The notes under the pieces are model-generated. The model had not been told where the DNA came from and made no database searches. It worked only from the letters and a program-made list of their open reading frames with translations. From contig CAITNO010000061.1 in assembly GCA_903893795.1 (NCBI GenBank), positions 640 to 64,639 on the forward strand: 64,000 bases of DNA, written 5' to 3'. The first letter of the stretch is position 1. The number at the start of each line of letters is the position of its first letter. Origin of the DNA: Candidatus Hydrogenedentota bacterium. Lineage in GTDB: Bacteria > Hydrogenedentota > Hydrogenedentia > Hydrogenedentales > CAITNO01. Below are positions 18,795-30,337 of the stretch, one piece after another. Position numbers and translations under genes: made by a program.

Positions 18795-18799
18795 GAATT

Positions 18800-19684
18800 C
18801 TATTTCCCTCCAATCTCATCCGCCAGATAGGCGGGCAGTGTATCCATGCTCTCGGCACGCAGGAGGGTGACGAAATGTTCGTCGGCCAGCATTGACTTGA
18901 TGGCATTAACAATGAAGATAAGCTGTGCGTGACAAAAGGAAGCCTTCTTAATGGCGAGACGTTGACGCTTGCTTTCCTGCTCGAAAGCGCGCACGATGGA
19001 TTCGGATGTGATCTGACTGCCGCTATGCTTATCACTGCGCCCGTTTCTATTGATGCACTTGCCATAGGTCCTTCGCTGCTCCACAATTCGGCACGCCTGG
19101 AGAATGCCTTTGCCGCGTAATCCGTGTTTTTCATAGGCTTCGGAAAGCGCATGCTGTATCTTTTTGTCCTCGGAAGTGGCGATAATGATGGCGACAGTCA
19201 TTGGAATGCGGCCCGATTCGACCGCTTGAAGCAAACGCTCTTCTCCATGGTCCAGCAACCGTAACACGCCTCCGACCAGCGACTCGTCCACAGCAATTTT
19301 CCTGGAAATATCCGCGTTGGTGTAGCCTCGGTCCCGCAAAACCCCCACTTGCTGCGCCATTTCAAGCATCCTGGGAGTGCGACGCGCAATATTCTCGACC
19401 AGGCTCATGATCAGACGCTCTTCACGGGGCAAATCCTCAACGAATGCGGGAATTTCAGTTTGACCCAATTCTATGAAAGCCTGAAGGCGTCCTTGACCAC
19501 ACACCAAATCATATTCAAACACCGCATCAGCTTGTTTGCGAGGACTTACCTTAATGGGGCGTTTCAGGCCAATCTCGGCAATGCTGGCAAGAATCAGTTC
19601 AAATTTCCTCCGGTTTCGGTTTCGGGGATTGGTTACATGGATTTTGTCCACGGGGACCATCTGCACATCTGCGTCCTTCGCCAT
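18800..19684 (-). CDS. ParB/RepB/Spo0J-family protein, first copy
   Basis: VPVDKIHVTNPRNRN...IGLKRPIKV...YDLVCGQGRLQAF...SLVENI are ParB N-domain motifs. Its ATG overlaps the recombinase stop by 1 nt (TGATG). Confidence 0.78.
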   Translation of the reverse strand: MAKDADVQMVPVDKIHVTNPRNRNRRKFELILASIAEIGLKRPIKVSPRKQADAVFEYDLVCGQGRLQAFIELGQTEIPAFVEDLPREERLIMSLVENIARRTPRMLEMAQQVGVLRDRGYTNADISRKIAVDESLVGGVLRLLDHGEERLLQAVESGRIPMTVAIIIATSEDKKIQHALSEAYEKHGLRGKGILQACRIVEQRRTYGKCINRNGRSDKHSGSQITSESIVRAFEQESKRQRLAIKKASFCHAQLIFIVNAIKSMLADEHFVTLLRAESMDTLPAYLADEIGGK

Positions 19685-21240
19685 CAGGCCACCGCAATTC
19701 GAACGCGGCGTGCCATGCCGCAGAAATGGTCCAAGGTGTCAAAACGGTACACGTCCAATGACAACCCGTTGTATTCTGCCAAACGTATCTTTTCTGCATG
19801 CATGTCGAGTGACGGTAACAGGTAGTAGTCCAGCGGTTCTGTATTTCCAACATTCATCCTCACCGCCACAGTGATGTCCGGGTTGAGGTCGCTGTCAAAG
19901 CGGATGTTCCATCGGGATGAACCGCCAGGCGTTTGTATGCAACGCGAAAGGACCAGTGACACGGTGAATTCCCCGTTCACGCTAAGGAGGTCCGTCTGTG
20001 GGTCTCTCTCCACGTTTCCGCCAAGGCGGGTCATTTCTGTGATAGTGCTGTCCACAAGCAGCGGGTGCATCTGGCGCAGATGGCGATTGGTCTCCAGGTA
20101 GCCGTAATCGTGGTCCGGAACGTACCCGACAAGCCGGTAGGCGCGGAGCAGACCTCCAAACCGATGGCTAAAGACGCAACTCGAAGGAAGCGCCTCGCAT
20201 TCTTCTATGATGATTGCACTGAGCCAGCCTTGTGCTTTGTAGAGTTCCTGCAGCCCGGCAATCAACTCCTCGTCGGAGTAGCAACGCGCGCGCTCCAAAA
20301 TAATTTCTCTCGCCTTCCAGAAGGTTGCCGGTTCTATGAGCCCCTCAAAGACATCGTTGGCCCGAATCCACATCTCCTCTGGGTTCATAACCCGAGTTTT
20401 CTTGAGTTTGAAGCTGACTCGGTTGTAAACGTTGTTGCCGATATACTTTTCGTTGGTTAGTATCTGTTTCACCGTGGCATGCGTCCATAGACGTCCGAGG
20501 TCCGTGAGGATTCCACGTTTGTTCAATGCCTCGGCGATGTTCCGTTCCGGTTGCTCTCTTTGGACGAACTGCTCGAAAATCCACCGCACCGTATGAACCT
20601 CATCTTTTGGCCCCAGCACAAGGATCACCCGGTCGGTCTGGATGCTTTTCTGTTCCCCATGCTGAAGCACCCCCTTGGGTTTGCCTTCTATGTCCACAAG
20701 CATGCGCCGTAGCCCAAAGCCGGGCATCCCGCCCTGACGAAAGCCCAGTTGTATTAGGCGGCACTGTCCCTTGAAAACCTTGGAGGAAAGTTCCCTGCTG
20801 TATTCCCCGGCCATTGCCCGCTTGACGCCCTTCACAATGGTGGAGACGGGGCTTCCATCGTTCTGGAATTGCTCGGCACAGTAGGTGACGGCAATGCCTG
20901 ACCGGCGGCAGATATACTCGTAGTACGCACTTTCATCGGCATCCTGAAAACGGCCCCAGCGGCTCACGTCGTAGACTAAGATGGCTTCGAAGTCAGCCGC
21001 TCCCCGCTGAACGACCTCAATTAGTTCTTTGAGGGCGTTTCGACCATCGATCCGCAGTCCGCTCTTTCCTTCGTCCACGTAACTACGAACGATCTCCATG
21101 TCATGCTTGGTGGCGTACTCTCGGATGGCGTCTGATTGGTTCTCTGCCGAGTATTGCTGGTGTTCGGTGGACATTCGTGCATAGATAACCGCCCGAATCT
21201 TCGGCGCAGATCCATCCTGTACGTCAGGTTTACCCATCAT
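19684..21240 (-). CDS. Large serine recombinase (resolvase/invertase catalytic domain plus recombinase domain)
   Basis: N-terminal AVIYARMSTEHQQ (catalytic Ser context) and ILVYDVSRWGRF. Its 518-aa length fits the large serine recombinase class. Confidence 0.85.
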   Translation of the reverse strand: MMGKPDVQDGSAPKIRAVIYARMSTEHQQYSAENQSDAIREYATKHDMEIVRSYVDEGKSGLRIDGRNALKELIEVVQRGAADFEAILVYDVSRWGRFQDADESAYYEYICRRSGIAVTYCAEQFQNDGSPVSTIVKGVKRAMAGEYSRELSSKVFKGQCRLIQLGFRQGGMPGFGLRRMLVDIEGKPKGVLQHGEQKSIQTDRVILVLGPKDEVHTVRWIFEQFVQREQPERNIAEALNKRGILTDLGRLWTHATVKQILTNEKYIGNNVYNRVSFKLKKTRVMNPEEMWIRANDVFEGLIEPATFWKAREIILERARCYSDEELIAGLQELYKAQGWLSAIIIEECEALPSSCVFSHRFGGLLRAYRLVGYVPDHDYGYLETNRHLRQMHPLLVDSTITEMTRLGGNVERDPQTDLLSVNGEFTVSLVLSRCIQTPGGSSRWNIRFDSDLNPDITVAVRMNVGNTEPLDYYLLPSLDMHAEKIRLAEYNGLSLDVYRFDTLDHFCGMARRVRIAVA

Positions 21241-21443
21241 ATATGCCTATTCCCATGTCCGGTTTTTCCCGGCGCGGTTGTGGGTCCCCATGGCTGGAGC
21301 TATCCCAGGACTGGCAACTTCGCTATTACGACATGCCTTTTCGCGTAAGGTGTCAGCATCAGGCACTTTATGTGCCTCTGACTTGGCCTGCGGAAGATTC
21401 TACAACGACTTTGTGGCGTTCCTGTTGCAAACTCGGGGATGGG

Positions 21444-22031
21444 CTATTCTTTTCGCCGCCGTGGCGGCAACGCCGCTCGGCATTGTAGGAGAACGTCTTT
21501 GCGGGCGGCACTTCGATACTTGCGGGTCGGCAGGTCCATGCTCTCGGCCTTCTCGCTGGGTTGTTTGGGTTCAGCGTCTGTGGTGCAAGGGTCAGAAGGA
21601 AGCTGCTTTGCTCCAAGAGCGGTTATCCACCTATATATTGTCGTGTGCGCCAGAATTGGCGTATCAGCATAATCTTCATCCCCGTCCCCGGAATTCCCTT
21701 GGTCAGTCTCCGGGTAGGCAATTGGAATGCCGTCCTCGCAGACAGTCCGCCGGTAGGTCATTGTGTGGTCTTTCAGATATCGTTCGGAAAGCTTATAGAT
21801 ACACTCACGAGAAAACCTTTGGCCGGGAACCCTGGAATCGGGATATTGAGTGAACGATCTTCTACACGCAGGACACTTCCACCGCAGGACGCTTCCGGGC
21901 GTCTTTGACACAATGCCATGCTCCACTGTTCGGGAAACGACGCCTCGCGTACCGTCACGAAGAAATCGCAAGGGAGAAGCACCACAGTACGGACATGCAA
22001 CGCAGGGCGTATGGCTATCGTTATTATCCAT
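21444..22031 (-). CDS. Zn-ribbon/HTH protein resembling the N-terminal DNA-binding part of IS1595-type transposases, with no DDE domain
   Basis: CVACPYCG...RWKCPACRRSFTQ gives two CxxC pairs. TIYRWITALG is a possible HTH. C-terminus is low-complexity. Confidence 0.45.
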   Translation of the reverse strand: MDNNDSHTPCVACPYCGASPLRFLRDGTRGVVSRTVEHGIVSKTPGSVLRWKCPACRRSFTQYPDSRVPGQRFSRECIYKLSERYLKDHTMTYRRTVCEDGIPIAYPETDQGNSGDGDEDYADTPILAHTTIYRWITALGAKQLPSDPCTTDAEPKQPSEKAESMDLPTRKYRSAARKDVLLQCRAALPPRRRKE

Positions 22032-22231
22032 GCGCCCATCATCGGCATTTCAATGATATCTATCAGCATCCCGCGTGGACGCAAGTCATCCGTGCGGAGC
22101 TTAAATCTTTCTCCTGCGTCCCTCATTCGCTTGTTGCCCGTGGGAGGACCGTTGAAAACGGTGTGTGGAACAGGGAGTTCGCATTTGCGTTGCGTTTATT
22201 GAGCAATAAACGACGCCTCCCAGAGCGTTTG

Positions 22232-22294
22232 ACTGCCTCGAAAGCCGTTGTAGGGGTAACCCTACCCTGAGTTCGAATCTCAGTCTCTCCGCCA
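22232..22294 (+). tRNA. 3' fragment of tRNA-Ser(CGA): anticodon loop to CCA end, no acceptor 5' strand or D-arm; putative att scar at the island boundary
   Basis: Loop CTCGAAA (anticodon CGA), 3' anticodon stem GCCGT, long variable arm GTAGGG-GTAA-CCCTAC, T-arm CTGAG-TTCGAAT-CTCAG, acceptor 3' strand TCTCTCC, then G and CCA. This is close to E. coli tRNA-Ser(CGA) as I remember it. No GGAGAGA 5' acceptor strand or GG-containing D-loop upstream. An 8-T run follows. Confidence 0.75.
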
Positions 22295-22548
22295 TTCTTT
22301 TTTTTCACTTTTCTTCACAGGAGAAGTGTGCGTGCAGGCCACGGGGAACCTTCCTGCGCTGTTGGGGTTCAACTTTATAGTTCTGGGTCGCGGTGCATTT
22401 GATGTTACACGCCAGAATGTTCATAATGGATTTTCGAGGATTCAGTTCTCCCCGCCTTTTCTTTGGCTTCACAACGCCGGAAATAGATGACGGACAGCGC
22501 GCGTTCATTTTGAAGGCAGGGTAAGTATGTCTTCTTGGAGTTAGCACT

Positions 22549-24111
22549 ATGAATGACGAAAAGTCCCCTCCTGCCCCGGCCTCACGTAAAGGCTGTTTCT
22601 GGCTGTTTGTGGTATTCTGCCTGACCGTGGGCGGGGCCTTCTACGGGGTTCACAGGTTCAATCCCGATTTTCCAGGTGGGGCAGTGGCTCCCGCAGCGAA
22701 ACCGGGCGGCTTGCAGGGAAACAGGGCCGTTCCCGTGGTGATCGCGAAGGCAAAGCGGGGGGACCTTCCCATTTACCTGGATGCACCGGGAACGGTCGTG
22801 GCGAGAAATATCGTGACCGTGCGGACCAGGGTGGACGGGCAAATCGTCAAGTTGAATTACGAAGAGGGGCAGGTGGTGAAAGAGGGTGATCTGCTGGTTC
22901 AGATAGACTCCCGGCCCTTCCAGGTTCAATTGACCCAGGCGCAGGGGCAACTGGCCCGGGACGAGGCGTCATTGAAAAATGCGAAACTTGATTTAGCCCG
23001 TTATCAGGCGGCGGGAAAGGGCGCGACGCAGCAGCAGGTAGACACCGCAGCGGCCGCCGTGGCGCAATTCGAGGGGGCAGTCAAGACCGACCAAGGACAA
23101 ATCGACAGCGCCAAGTTACAACTGACCTACTGCCAGATCACAGCCCCCATCAGCGGCACCATCGGACTGCGTCTGGTGGACGCGGGCAACATGGTGCATG
23201 CTTCCGATGCCACGGGAATTGCTGTCATCGCGCAATTGGAACCCATTACCGTCGTGTTTGGATTGGCCGAGGATTTTCTGCCGCAGGTGATGAAACCTTT
23301 CAGCGCGGGCGAGAAGCTGCCTGTCGAGGTGCGCAATCGGGACCGAACGACCCTGCTGGCCACGGGAACGCTTCTGGCGGTGGACAGCCAGATCGACCTG
23401 GTGACGCTGACCGCGCGCTTCAAGGCTGTTTTTGACAACAAGGATCATGCGCTGTTTCCGAATCAGGCCATCAATGTCCGGCTGCTCGTGGACACGAAGA
23501 AGGACATCGTGCTGGTGCCGGCATCGGCGGTGCAGACCAGTCCGCAGACAACGTTTGTCTATGTGGTCAATGAGGCTGAAAGCACCGTTGAGATGCGGCC
23601 CGTTACCGTTGGCCCCATCGAGGGCGACACGGCATCAATTTTGGACAAGCTTTCGCCTGGGGAGGTGGTGGTGATTGGCGGGGTGGACAAACTTGAACCC
23701 GGCGCGAAGGTGGTGCTGCCCGGTGCGGAAGGTGCGCGCGGTCCCGGTGGCTCGGAAGCTCAGGGACGCAAGGGACGCGGTGAAGGAAAGCCGGGAGGCG
23801 GCGCACCGGGTGCCGGAGGCGAATCGGTCCGTCCGCATAAAGGAAATGCCGAAGGAAAGTCGGAAGGCGCCGCTCCGGGTGCGGAAAGCGCTTCAGGCCG
23901 CTGGCATAAGGGAAACACCGAGGCGAAGTCTGAGGAGGGAGAGGTGTCGGAAGCGCCAAAAGAACACCGCCACAAAGCCGATGCTGAAGGCGGGGTGACA
24001 GGTGACGCGCCTGCCAATGCCGCTTCGGAGCATGAACAGACGCCGGGCGTTGAAAGCAAGCCGGAACAGGGCTCCGCACCGCAAGCGCCCGTTGGGCAAG
24101 ACAAACGATGA
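22549..24111 (+). CDS. mdtA: RND efflux membrane-fusion (periplasmic adaptor) protein, MdtA-like, with about 130-aa low-complexity C-terminal tail
   Basis: HlyD/MFP architecture (…[21 protein letters not shown]…[14 protein letters not shown]…). The stop overlaps the mdtB ATG (ATGA). Confidence 0.85.
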   Translation: MNDEKSPPAPASRKGCFWLFVVFCLTVGGAFYGVHRFNPDFPGGAVAPAAKPGGLQGNRAVPVVIAKAKRGDLPIYLDAPGTVVARNIVTVRTRVDGQIVKLNYEEGQVVKEGDLLVQIDSRPFQVQLTQAQGQLARDEASLKNAKLDLARYQAAGKGATQQQVDTAAAAVAQFEGAVKTDQGQIDSAKLQLTYCQITAPISGTIGLRLVDAGNMVHASDATGIAVIAQLEPITVVFGLAEDFLPQVMKPFSAGEKLPVEVRNRDRTTLLATGTLLAVDSQIDLVTLTARFKAVFDNKDHALFPNQAINVRLLVDTKKDIVLVPASAVQTSPQTTFVYVVNEAESTVEMRPVTVGPIEGDTASILDKLSPGEVVVIGGVDKLEPGAKVVLPGAEGARGPGGSEAQGRKGRGEGKPGGGAPGAGGESVRPHKGNAEGKSEGAAPGAESASGRWHKGNTEAKSEEGEVSEAPKEHRHKADAEGGVTGDAPANAASEHEQTPGVESKPEQGSAPQAPVGQDKR

Positions 24112-27100
24112 GTCTATCCCGGCCATTTATTCTGAGGCCGGTGGCTACGTCACTGCTGATGGTTGCCCTCCTATTGGTTGGTCTGGTGGCCTACAAGCAG
24201 TTGCCGGTCTCCGCGCTGCCCCAGGTGGACTATCCAACGATCCAGATTGTGACCTTCTACCCGGGCGCAAGCCACGATGTCATGGCGTCATCCGTGACAG
24301 CCCCGTTGGAGAAGCAGTGTGGCCAGTTGCCCGGGCTGAGCCAAATGACCTCGACCAGTTCGGACGGCAGCTCGATCATCACGCTCCAGTTCTCGCTCGA
24401 ATTGAACATCGACGTTGCGGAGCAGCAGGTGCAGGCGGCCATCAATGCGGCGGCGACCTATCTTCCGCAGGGGCTTCCCAATCCGCCGGGTTACAGCAAG
24501 GTCAATCCCGCAGATGCCCCCATACTCACGCTCGCATTGACTTCGGACCAACTGCCCCTGTCCAAAGTGGAAGACATGGCCGACACGCGGCTGGCGCAGA
24601 AGATATCCCAGTTGCCCGGCGTGGGCCTGGTCAGTATTAGTGGCGGACAGAAGCCTGCGGTGCGCATCCGTGTCAACCCGACCGTGCTCGCCTCGATGGG
24701 ATTGAACCAGGAGGACCTGCGGACGACAATTGCCCAGGCAAATGTGAACCAGGCAAAGGGCAGTTTCGACGGTCCCCGCCAGGCGGCGACGATCGGCGCC
24801 AACGACCAGCTTCTTTCGAGTGATGAGTACAAACCGCTTATTATCGCCTATAACCCGGCCACCGGCGCGCCGGTGCGGCTGTCCGATGTCGCCGATGTGA
24901 TTGACGACACAGAGAATGTTCGCCTGGCCGCGTGGAAGAACACCGAACCCGCTGTGATTATGAACATACAGCGCCAGCCCGGTGCCAACATCATCGAGGT
25001 GGTGGACCGTGTAAAGTTGCTCTTGCCGCAGCTTCAGGGCTCATTGCCGCCTGCGGTCAAGATTTCCGTGCTGACCGACCGCACCACGACGATCCGCGCG
25101 TCGGTGGACGATGTAAAGAAGGAACTGGGCCTGACCATATTTCTGGTCGTGGTCGTTATCTTTCTGTTTCTGCGCAATTTCGCCGCAACCGTGATCCCGA
25201 GCATTGCCGTGCCGCTTTCCTTGGTCGGCACTTTCGGCGTGATGTACCTGCTCGGTTACAGCCTCAACAATCTCTCGCTCATGGCGTTGACGATCTCTAC
25301 CGGCTTTGTGGTGGATGACGCCATTGTGATGATCGAGAACATCATCCGCTATCTTGAGGAGGGTGATTCACCTCTCGAAGCGGCCCTCAAAGGGTCGGGA
25401 CAGATAGGGTTCACCATCGTGTCGTTGAGTGTGTCGCTCATTGCGGCCCTCATCCCGCTGCTCTTCATGGGTGACATTGTGGGCCGGCTGTTCCGCGAGT
25501 TCGCCGTGACGCTCAGCGTCACAATTGTCGTTTCCGCGTTTGTTTCGCTCACGCTGACGCCCATGATGTGTGCGCTGCTGCTGCGGCACAAACCGGAAAG
25601 CCAGCAGGGCGTGCTTTTCCGAGCCTCAGAACAGGTCTGGCAGGGAATCATCGGCTTCTATGCCCTGACCCTTCGCTTCGTGCTGCGGCACCGCTTCGCC
25701 ACGCTGCTGGTGGCATTCGCCACGCTGGTCGTCACCGGTTGGCTGTATGTTGCCGTCCCCAAGGGCTTCTTCCCTGTTCAGGATACCGGCGTGATTTTGG
25801 GCATATCGGAGGCATCGCAGGACATTTCCTTCACGGCCATGGCGGAGCACCAGCAGAAGCTGTCCGAGATCATTCTCAAAGACCCGGCAGTGGAGAGCCT
25901 GTCCTCGTTCATCGGCATCGACGGAACGAACACGACGCTGAACAGCGGCCGTGTTCAGATCAACCTGAAACCGCTCGAGGCGCGCCAAATCGACGCCATG
26001 GGGGTGATACGCCGTTTGCAGCCCGAACTGGCCGCCGTGGGCGGCATCACCCTGTTCATGCAGCCCGTGCAGGACCTGACCGTGGAAGACCGGGTCAGCC
26101 GGACGCAGTTCCAATACACGCTGGAAAGCCCCAATCCGGGGGAATTGACCACGTGGGCGCCGCAGTTCATGGACAAACTCAGGGCGCTGCCCGAATTGTG
26201 CGATGTGGCGAGCGACCAGCAGAATGAAGGCAGGCAGGCCTTCCTCGAAATTGACCGCGACACCGCCTCCCGCTTGGGTATCACGCCGCAGATGATTGAC
26301 GATGCCCTGTATGACGCCTTTGGCCAGCGGCAGATTTCGACAATGTTCACCCAACTCAACCAGTACCACGTCATCATGGAACTGAAGCCGGAATTCCAGA
26401 AGAAACCAAAGAATCTGAACGATATCTATATCCGTTCCGCCAACGTCGGCAAGATACCGTTGAACGGCCTAACGCGTGTTCGCGAGTCGGCCACACCCCT
26501 GACCATCAACCATCAGGGCCAGTTTCCGGTCGTGACAGTGTCTTTCAACCTCTCACCCGGCGTTTCTCTCGGGGCGGCCGTGGCCGCCATCAACAAGGTC
26601 AAAGACGAGTTGGACATGCCGGAGAGTGTTCAGGGGCAGTACCAGGGGACGGCCCGTGCCTTCCAGGCCTCGCTGGTCAACGAACCGCTGCTCATCCTGG
26701 CGGCGCTGATCACGGTGTACATCGTGCTCGGCGTGCTCTACGAAAGTTACATCCACCCCATCACGATTCTCTCCACGCTGCCCTCGGCGGGCGTGGGCGC
26801 GCTGCTGACGTTGATGATGTGCAAGACCGATTTCAGCGTCATCGCATTAATCGGCATTATCCTCCTCATCGGCATTGTGAAGAAAAACGGCATCATGATG
26901 GTTGATTTTGCGCTTGATGCGGAACGAAGGGAGGGCAAGTCTCCGGCCGAGGCGATTTATCAGGCCTGCCTGTTGCGGTTTCGGCCCATCATGATGACCA
27001 CCATGGCGGCGCTGGGCGCAGGCATTCCGTTGGCTTTGGGCACGGGAGTCGGTTCCGAACTGCGCCGTCCCTTGGGCATTGCGATGGTGGGCGGCCTCAT

Positions 27101-27221
27101 CTTCAGCCAGGCGCTGACCCTGTATACAACGCCGGTGATCTACCTGGCCTTTGATCGTCTTTCAAAATACCTGCGCCCGCCCGCGCCCGCACCGGCCTCT
27201 GAATCCGCCGAGGCGCCATGA
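24108..27221 (+). CDS. mdtB: RND multidrug efflux permease, MdtB-like
   Basis: N-terminus [51 protein letters not shown]... is nearly collinear with E. coli MdtB as I recall it. 1037 aa. Confidence 0.9.
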   Translation: MSLSRPFILRPVATSLLMVALLLVGLVAYKQLPVSALPQVDYPTIQIVTFYPGASHDVMASSVTAPLEKQCGQLPGLSQMTSTSSDGSSIITLQFSLELNIDVAEQQVQAAINAAATYLPQGLPNPPGYSKVNPADAPILTLALTSDQLPLSKVEDMADTRLAQKISQLPGVGLVSISGGQKPAVRIRVNPTVLASMGLNQEDLRTTIAQANVNQAKGSFDGPRQAATIGANDQLLSSDEYKPLIIAYNPATGAPVRLSDVADVIDDTENVRLAAWKNTEPAVIMNIQRQPGANIIEVVDRVKLLLPQLQGSLPPAVKISVLTDRTTTIRASVDDVKKELGLTIFLVVVVIFLFLRNFAATVIPSIAVPLSLVGTFGVMYLLGYSLNNLSLMALTISTGFVVDDAIVMIENIIRYLEEGDSPLEAALKGSGQIGFTIVSLSVSLIAALIPLLFMGDIVGRLFREFAVTLSVTIVVSAFVSLTLTPMMCALLLRHKPESQQGVLFRASEQVWQGIIGFYALTLRFVLRHRFATLLVAFATLVVTGWLYVAVPKGFFPVQDTGVILGISEASQDISFTAMAEHQQKLSEIILKDPAVESLSSFIGIDGTNTTLNSGRVQINLKPLEARQIDAMGVIRRLQPELAAVGGITLFMQPVQDLTVEDRVSRTQFQYTLESPNPGELTTWAPQFMDKLRALPELCDVASDQQNEGRQAFLEIDRDTASRLGITPQMIDDALYDAFGQRQISTMFTQLNQYHVIMELKPEFQKKPKNLNDIYIRSANVGKIPLNGLTRVRESATPLTINHQGQFPVVTVSFNLSPGVSLGAAVAAINKVKDELDMPESVQGQYQGTARAFQASLVNEPLLILAALITVYIVLGVLYESYIHPITILSTLPSAGVGALLTLMMCKTDFSVIALIGIILLIGIVKKNGIMMVDFALDAERREGKSPAEAIYQACLLRFRPIMMTTMAALGAGIPLALGTGVGSELRRPLGIAMVGGLIFSQALTLYTTPVIYLAFDRLSKYLRPPAPAPASESAEAP

Positions 27222-30200
27222 GCCTTTCGACGCCATTCATTCACCGGCCGGTAGGCACGACGCTGCTCACTGTTGCCGTGGCCTTGGCAGGGACGCTGGC
27301 GTATTTCTTTCTGCCCGTGTCGCCGCTGCCGCAGGTCCAGTTTCCGACCATCAGTGTCTCCGCGGGGTTGCCGGGGGCAAGTCCCGAAACGATGGCATCG
27401 GCCGTGGCCACGCCGCTGGAGCGGCAGTTTGGGCGGATTGCCGGTGTGACCGAGATGACGTCCAGCAGTGGTCTGGGTTCCACGAACATTGTCCTGCAGT
27501 TCGACCTGAGCCGCAATATAGACGCGGCCGCGCGCGACGTGCAGGCGGCCATAAACGCCGCCTCAGGCCAACTCCCCTCGTATATGCCGGGCAAACCGAC
27601 CTACCGCAAGGTCAATCCCGCCGATGCGCCCGTGATGATTCTCTCCGTGACCTCCGACCTCTACGATCGTGGGCGGATGTATGATGCCGCCTCGACCATT
27701 CTTCAGCAGAAAATATCCCAGGTCGAAGGGGTGGGGCAGGTGAGCGTCGGCGGCGGCGCGCTGCCCGCCGTGCGCGTGGACGTCAATCCGACTTCATTGA
27801 ACAATCTGGGACTGGGCCTTTCCGATATCCGGGCCTTTCTGAACGCGGCCAATGCAAACCGTCCCAAGGGACAGGTCTCGGATGAGGAGCACACCTGGGC
27901 ATTGAACACCAGCGACCAACTGCTCAAGGCTGAGCAGTACCGGCCCCTCGTTGTTGCCTACAGCCGCGGTTCGGCCGTCCGCCTGGCGGACATCGCCACG
28001 GTCACCGACTCGGTGGAGGACACGCGCACGGGCGGCCTGGCCAACGGCAAGCCTGCCGTGGCCATCATCGTGTTCTGCCAGCCCGGCGCAAACATCATCG
28101 ACACGGTTGACCGTATTCGCACGCTGATTCCGCAGCTTCAGGCGTCGATACCCCCGGGGATGAAGATTTCGCTGATGATGGATCGCACCACAACGATCCG
28201 GGCCTCCGTCCATGACATCTCATTGACCCTGATGATTTCGGTCGTTCTCGTCATTCTGGTTGTTTTCATTTTCCTGCGCGACCTGCGTACGACGCTCATC
28301 CCCAGCGTTGCCGTGCCGGTCTCGCTGATTGGGACACTGGGCGTCATGTATCTGGCGGGATACAGCATCGACAATCTCTCGCTGATGGCGCTCACCATTG
28401 CGACGGGGTTTGTCGTGGACGACGCCATTGTCGTGATCGAGAACATCACCCGCTATATTGAACAGGGGATGACACCGCTGCAGTCCGCCCTGCGCGGGGC
28501 GCGCGAAATTGGCTTCACCGTAGTGTCCATGAGCACATCGCTGGTTGCCGTGTTCATTCCCATCCTGATGATGGGCGGCCTGGTGGGTCGGCTGTTTCGC
28601 GAGTTTGCCGTGGTGCTGTCCGTGGCTATCGGAATCTCCATGCTGGTTTCGCTGACCACGACGCCCATGATGTGCGCCGTGCTGCTGCGGCACCGGCGTC
28701 CCGAGGAGCATGGCCGTCTGTACCAGGTGTTTGAATGGGGTTTTGACCGAATCTTGAGTGTTTACGAAACGATGCTGCTGTGGGTGCTGCGTCACCCGCT
28801 GCTAACGCTGGTGGCGACGGTCGTTACGGTCTGCCTGAACGTGTACCTTTATACGGCCGTTCCGAAAGAACTGTTTCCGCAGCAGGACGTGGGCCGTCTG
28901 TCCGGGAGAATTCAGGCAGATCAGGGCACCTCCTCCCAGGCCATGAAGAAACTGTTGAACCAGTTTGCGGAGGCCACCAGCGCCGATCCCGCCATCGACA
29001 GCGTCGTGGCCTTTGTTGGGGGCGGCGGAACGAGCAATATCGGTTCCATGTTCGTTATGCTCAAGCCGCTGGAAGAGCGCAAACTCAGCGCCGACCAGGT
29101 GATTGGGCGGCTGCGCGGCAAACTGGCCCATATCCCCGGCGCGACCCTGTTCTTTCAGGCACAGCAGGACCTTCGCGTGGGCGGCCGCATGGCCAATGCG
29201 CAATACCAGTACACACTTCAGGGGGATGACCTGGAGGAACTCACGGCATGGGCGCCGAAAATGCTGGAGAAGATGAGAACCCTGGACGGGCTCACCGACG
29301 TGAACAACGATCAGCAGAATCACGGCCTGGAGGCGAACCTTGCCATTGACCGTGACACGGCCTCAAAGCTGGGCCTCACGCCGCAGGCGATTGATGACAC
29401 ACTGTACGACGCCTTCGGCCAGCGTCAGGTCTCGACCATGTATTCGCAGCTTAACCAGTACCATGTGATCATGGAGATTGACCCGCAATACACCCAGGAG
29501 CCGGGCGGCCTGAAGCAAATCTACGCATTTGCCGGTGCGACCGTGGGGGCCAAGAAGCCTGTGCCCCTCAGTGCGTTCACCCATTTCAGGCGGGACGCAA
29601 CCGCGCTGACGGTCAACCATCAGAGTCAGTTCCCCTCCATCACCTTCTCGTTCAATCTTCGTCCGGGCATGTCTTTGGGCACGGCGGTTACCGCCATTGA
29701 GCACGCAGGGCAGGACATGGGATTGCCCATTACCATTCACGGCAAGTTTTCCGGGACCGCGCAGGCCTACCAGGACTCTGTCGCCAATGAGCCTTACCTG
29801 ATTCTCGCGGCGCTGGTGGCGGTCTACATCGTGCTGGGCATTCTCTATGAGAGCCTCATTCATCCCGTCACCATCCTCTCAACCCTGCCGTCGGCGGGGG
29901 TGGGGGCGCTCCTGGCCCTCATGCTGTGCAACACATCGCTGAGCCTGATCGCTTTGATAGGTATTATTCTGCTGATTGGCATCGTCAAGAAGAACGCCAT
30001 CCTGATGATCGATTTTGCCCTGGAAGCGGAGCGGCGGGATGGTAAGACGCCCAAGGAGGCCATTTTCCAGGCGTGCATGCTTCGCTTCCGACCGATTACC
30101 ATGACAACCATGGCGGCCATGCTCGGCGGGCTGCCGCTGGCGCTGATGGGCGGTGTCGGCTCGGAATTGCGGCGCCCCCTGGGCATTGCCATCGTGGGCG

Positions 30201-30337
30201 GGCTCATTTTCAGCCAGGCCATGACGCTTTTTACAACGCCTGTCATCTACCTGTACATGGATCGATTCCGGCTGTGGACCCGGAGAATACTCGTTGGCGG
30301 CCGCAGGGAATCTCATTTGGAGGCCATTCAAAAATGA
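27218..30337 (+). CDS. mdtC: RND multidrug efflux permease, MdtC-like
   Basis: [63 protein letters not shown]... is MdtC-like. ATGA overlaps on both sides. Confidence 0.9.
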   Translation: MSLSTPFIHRPVGTTLLTVAVALAGTLAYFFLPVSPLPQVQFPTISVSAGLPGASPETMASAVATPLERQFGRIAGVTEMTSSSGLGSTNIVLQFDLSRNIDAAARDVQAAINAASGQLPSYMPGKPTYRKVNPADAPVMILSVTSDLYDRGRMYDAASTILQQKISQVEGVGQVSVGGGALPAVRVDVNPTSLNNLGLGLSDIRAFLNAANANRPKGQVSDEEHTWALNTSDQLLKAEQYRPLVVAYSRGSAVRLADIATVTDSVEDTRTGGLANGKPAVAIIVFCQPGANIIDTVDRIRTLIPQLQASIPPGMKISLMMDRTTTIRASVHDISLTLMISVVLVILVVFIFLRDLRTTLIPSVAVPVSLIGTLGVMYLAGYSIDNLSLMALTIATGFVVDDAIVVIENITRYIEQGMTPLQSALRGAREIGFTVVSMSTSLVAVFIPILMMGGLVGRLFREFAVVLSVAIGISMLVSLTTTPMMCAVLLRHRRPEEHGRLYQVFEWGFDRILSVYETMLLWVLRHPLLTLVATVVTVCLNVYLYTAVPKELFPQQDVGRLSGRIQADQGTSSQAMKKLLNQFAEATSADPAIDSVVAFVGGGGTSNIGSMFVMLKPLEERKLSADQVIGRLRGKLAHIPGATLFFQAQQDLRVGGRMANAQYQYTLQGDDLEELTAWAPKMLEKMRTLDGLTDVNNDQQNHGLEANLAIDRDTASKLGLTPQAIDDTLYDAFGQRQVSTMYSQLNQYHVIMEIDPQYTQEPGGLKQIYAFAGATVGAKKPVPLSAFTHFRRDATALTVNHQSQFPSITFSFNLRPGMSLGTAVTAIEHAGQDMGLPITIHGKFSGTAQAYQDSVANEPYLILAALVAVYIVLGILYESLIHPVTILSTLPSAGVGALLALMLCNTSLSLIALIGIILLIGIVKKNAILMIDFALEAERRDGKTPKEAIFQACMLRFRPITMTTMAAMLGGLPLALMGGVGSELRRPLGIAIVGGLIFSQAMTLFTTPVIYLYMDRFRLWTRRILVGGRRESHLEAIQK

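Larger units (their letters stand above)
1..22294. mobile_element. Integrated mobile/defence island; left end outside the window, right end at the tRNA-Ser fragment
   Basis: tRNA 3' fragment at the right edge, serine recombinase/ParB operon, element-type DNA polymerase, AbiE TA pair, methyltransferase/helicase/nuclease operon and many orphans. Several segments look lower in G+C than the flanking core genes by eye (not computed). Confidence 0.55.

Noticed and set aside
22201-22294. Intact tRNA-Ser gene.
   Set aside because: Only the 3' part folds (anticodon loop, variable arm, T-arm, acceptor 3' strand, CCA). No GGAGAGA 5' acceptor strand and no D-arm with the conserved GG are present at the required distance, so I call it a fragment.
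22305-22547. 80-aa minus-strand ORF between the tRNA fragment and mdtA.
   Set aside because: It is short, has no motif, and lies in the probable mdtA promoter/leader region. Its composition is not convincing.
30073-30333. Upstream extensions of tracked ORFs: OMF from 30073, VWA from 51947, GHMP kinase from 53756, beta-helix protein from 63736, acyl-CoA synthetase from 40252, AbiEii from 16771, AbiEi from 16154 and the 12230 start.
   Set aside because: The extensions overlap the preceding gene or translate to low-complexity sequence. Internal starts give proper signal peptides, SD sequences or ATGA-type coupling.
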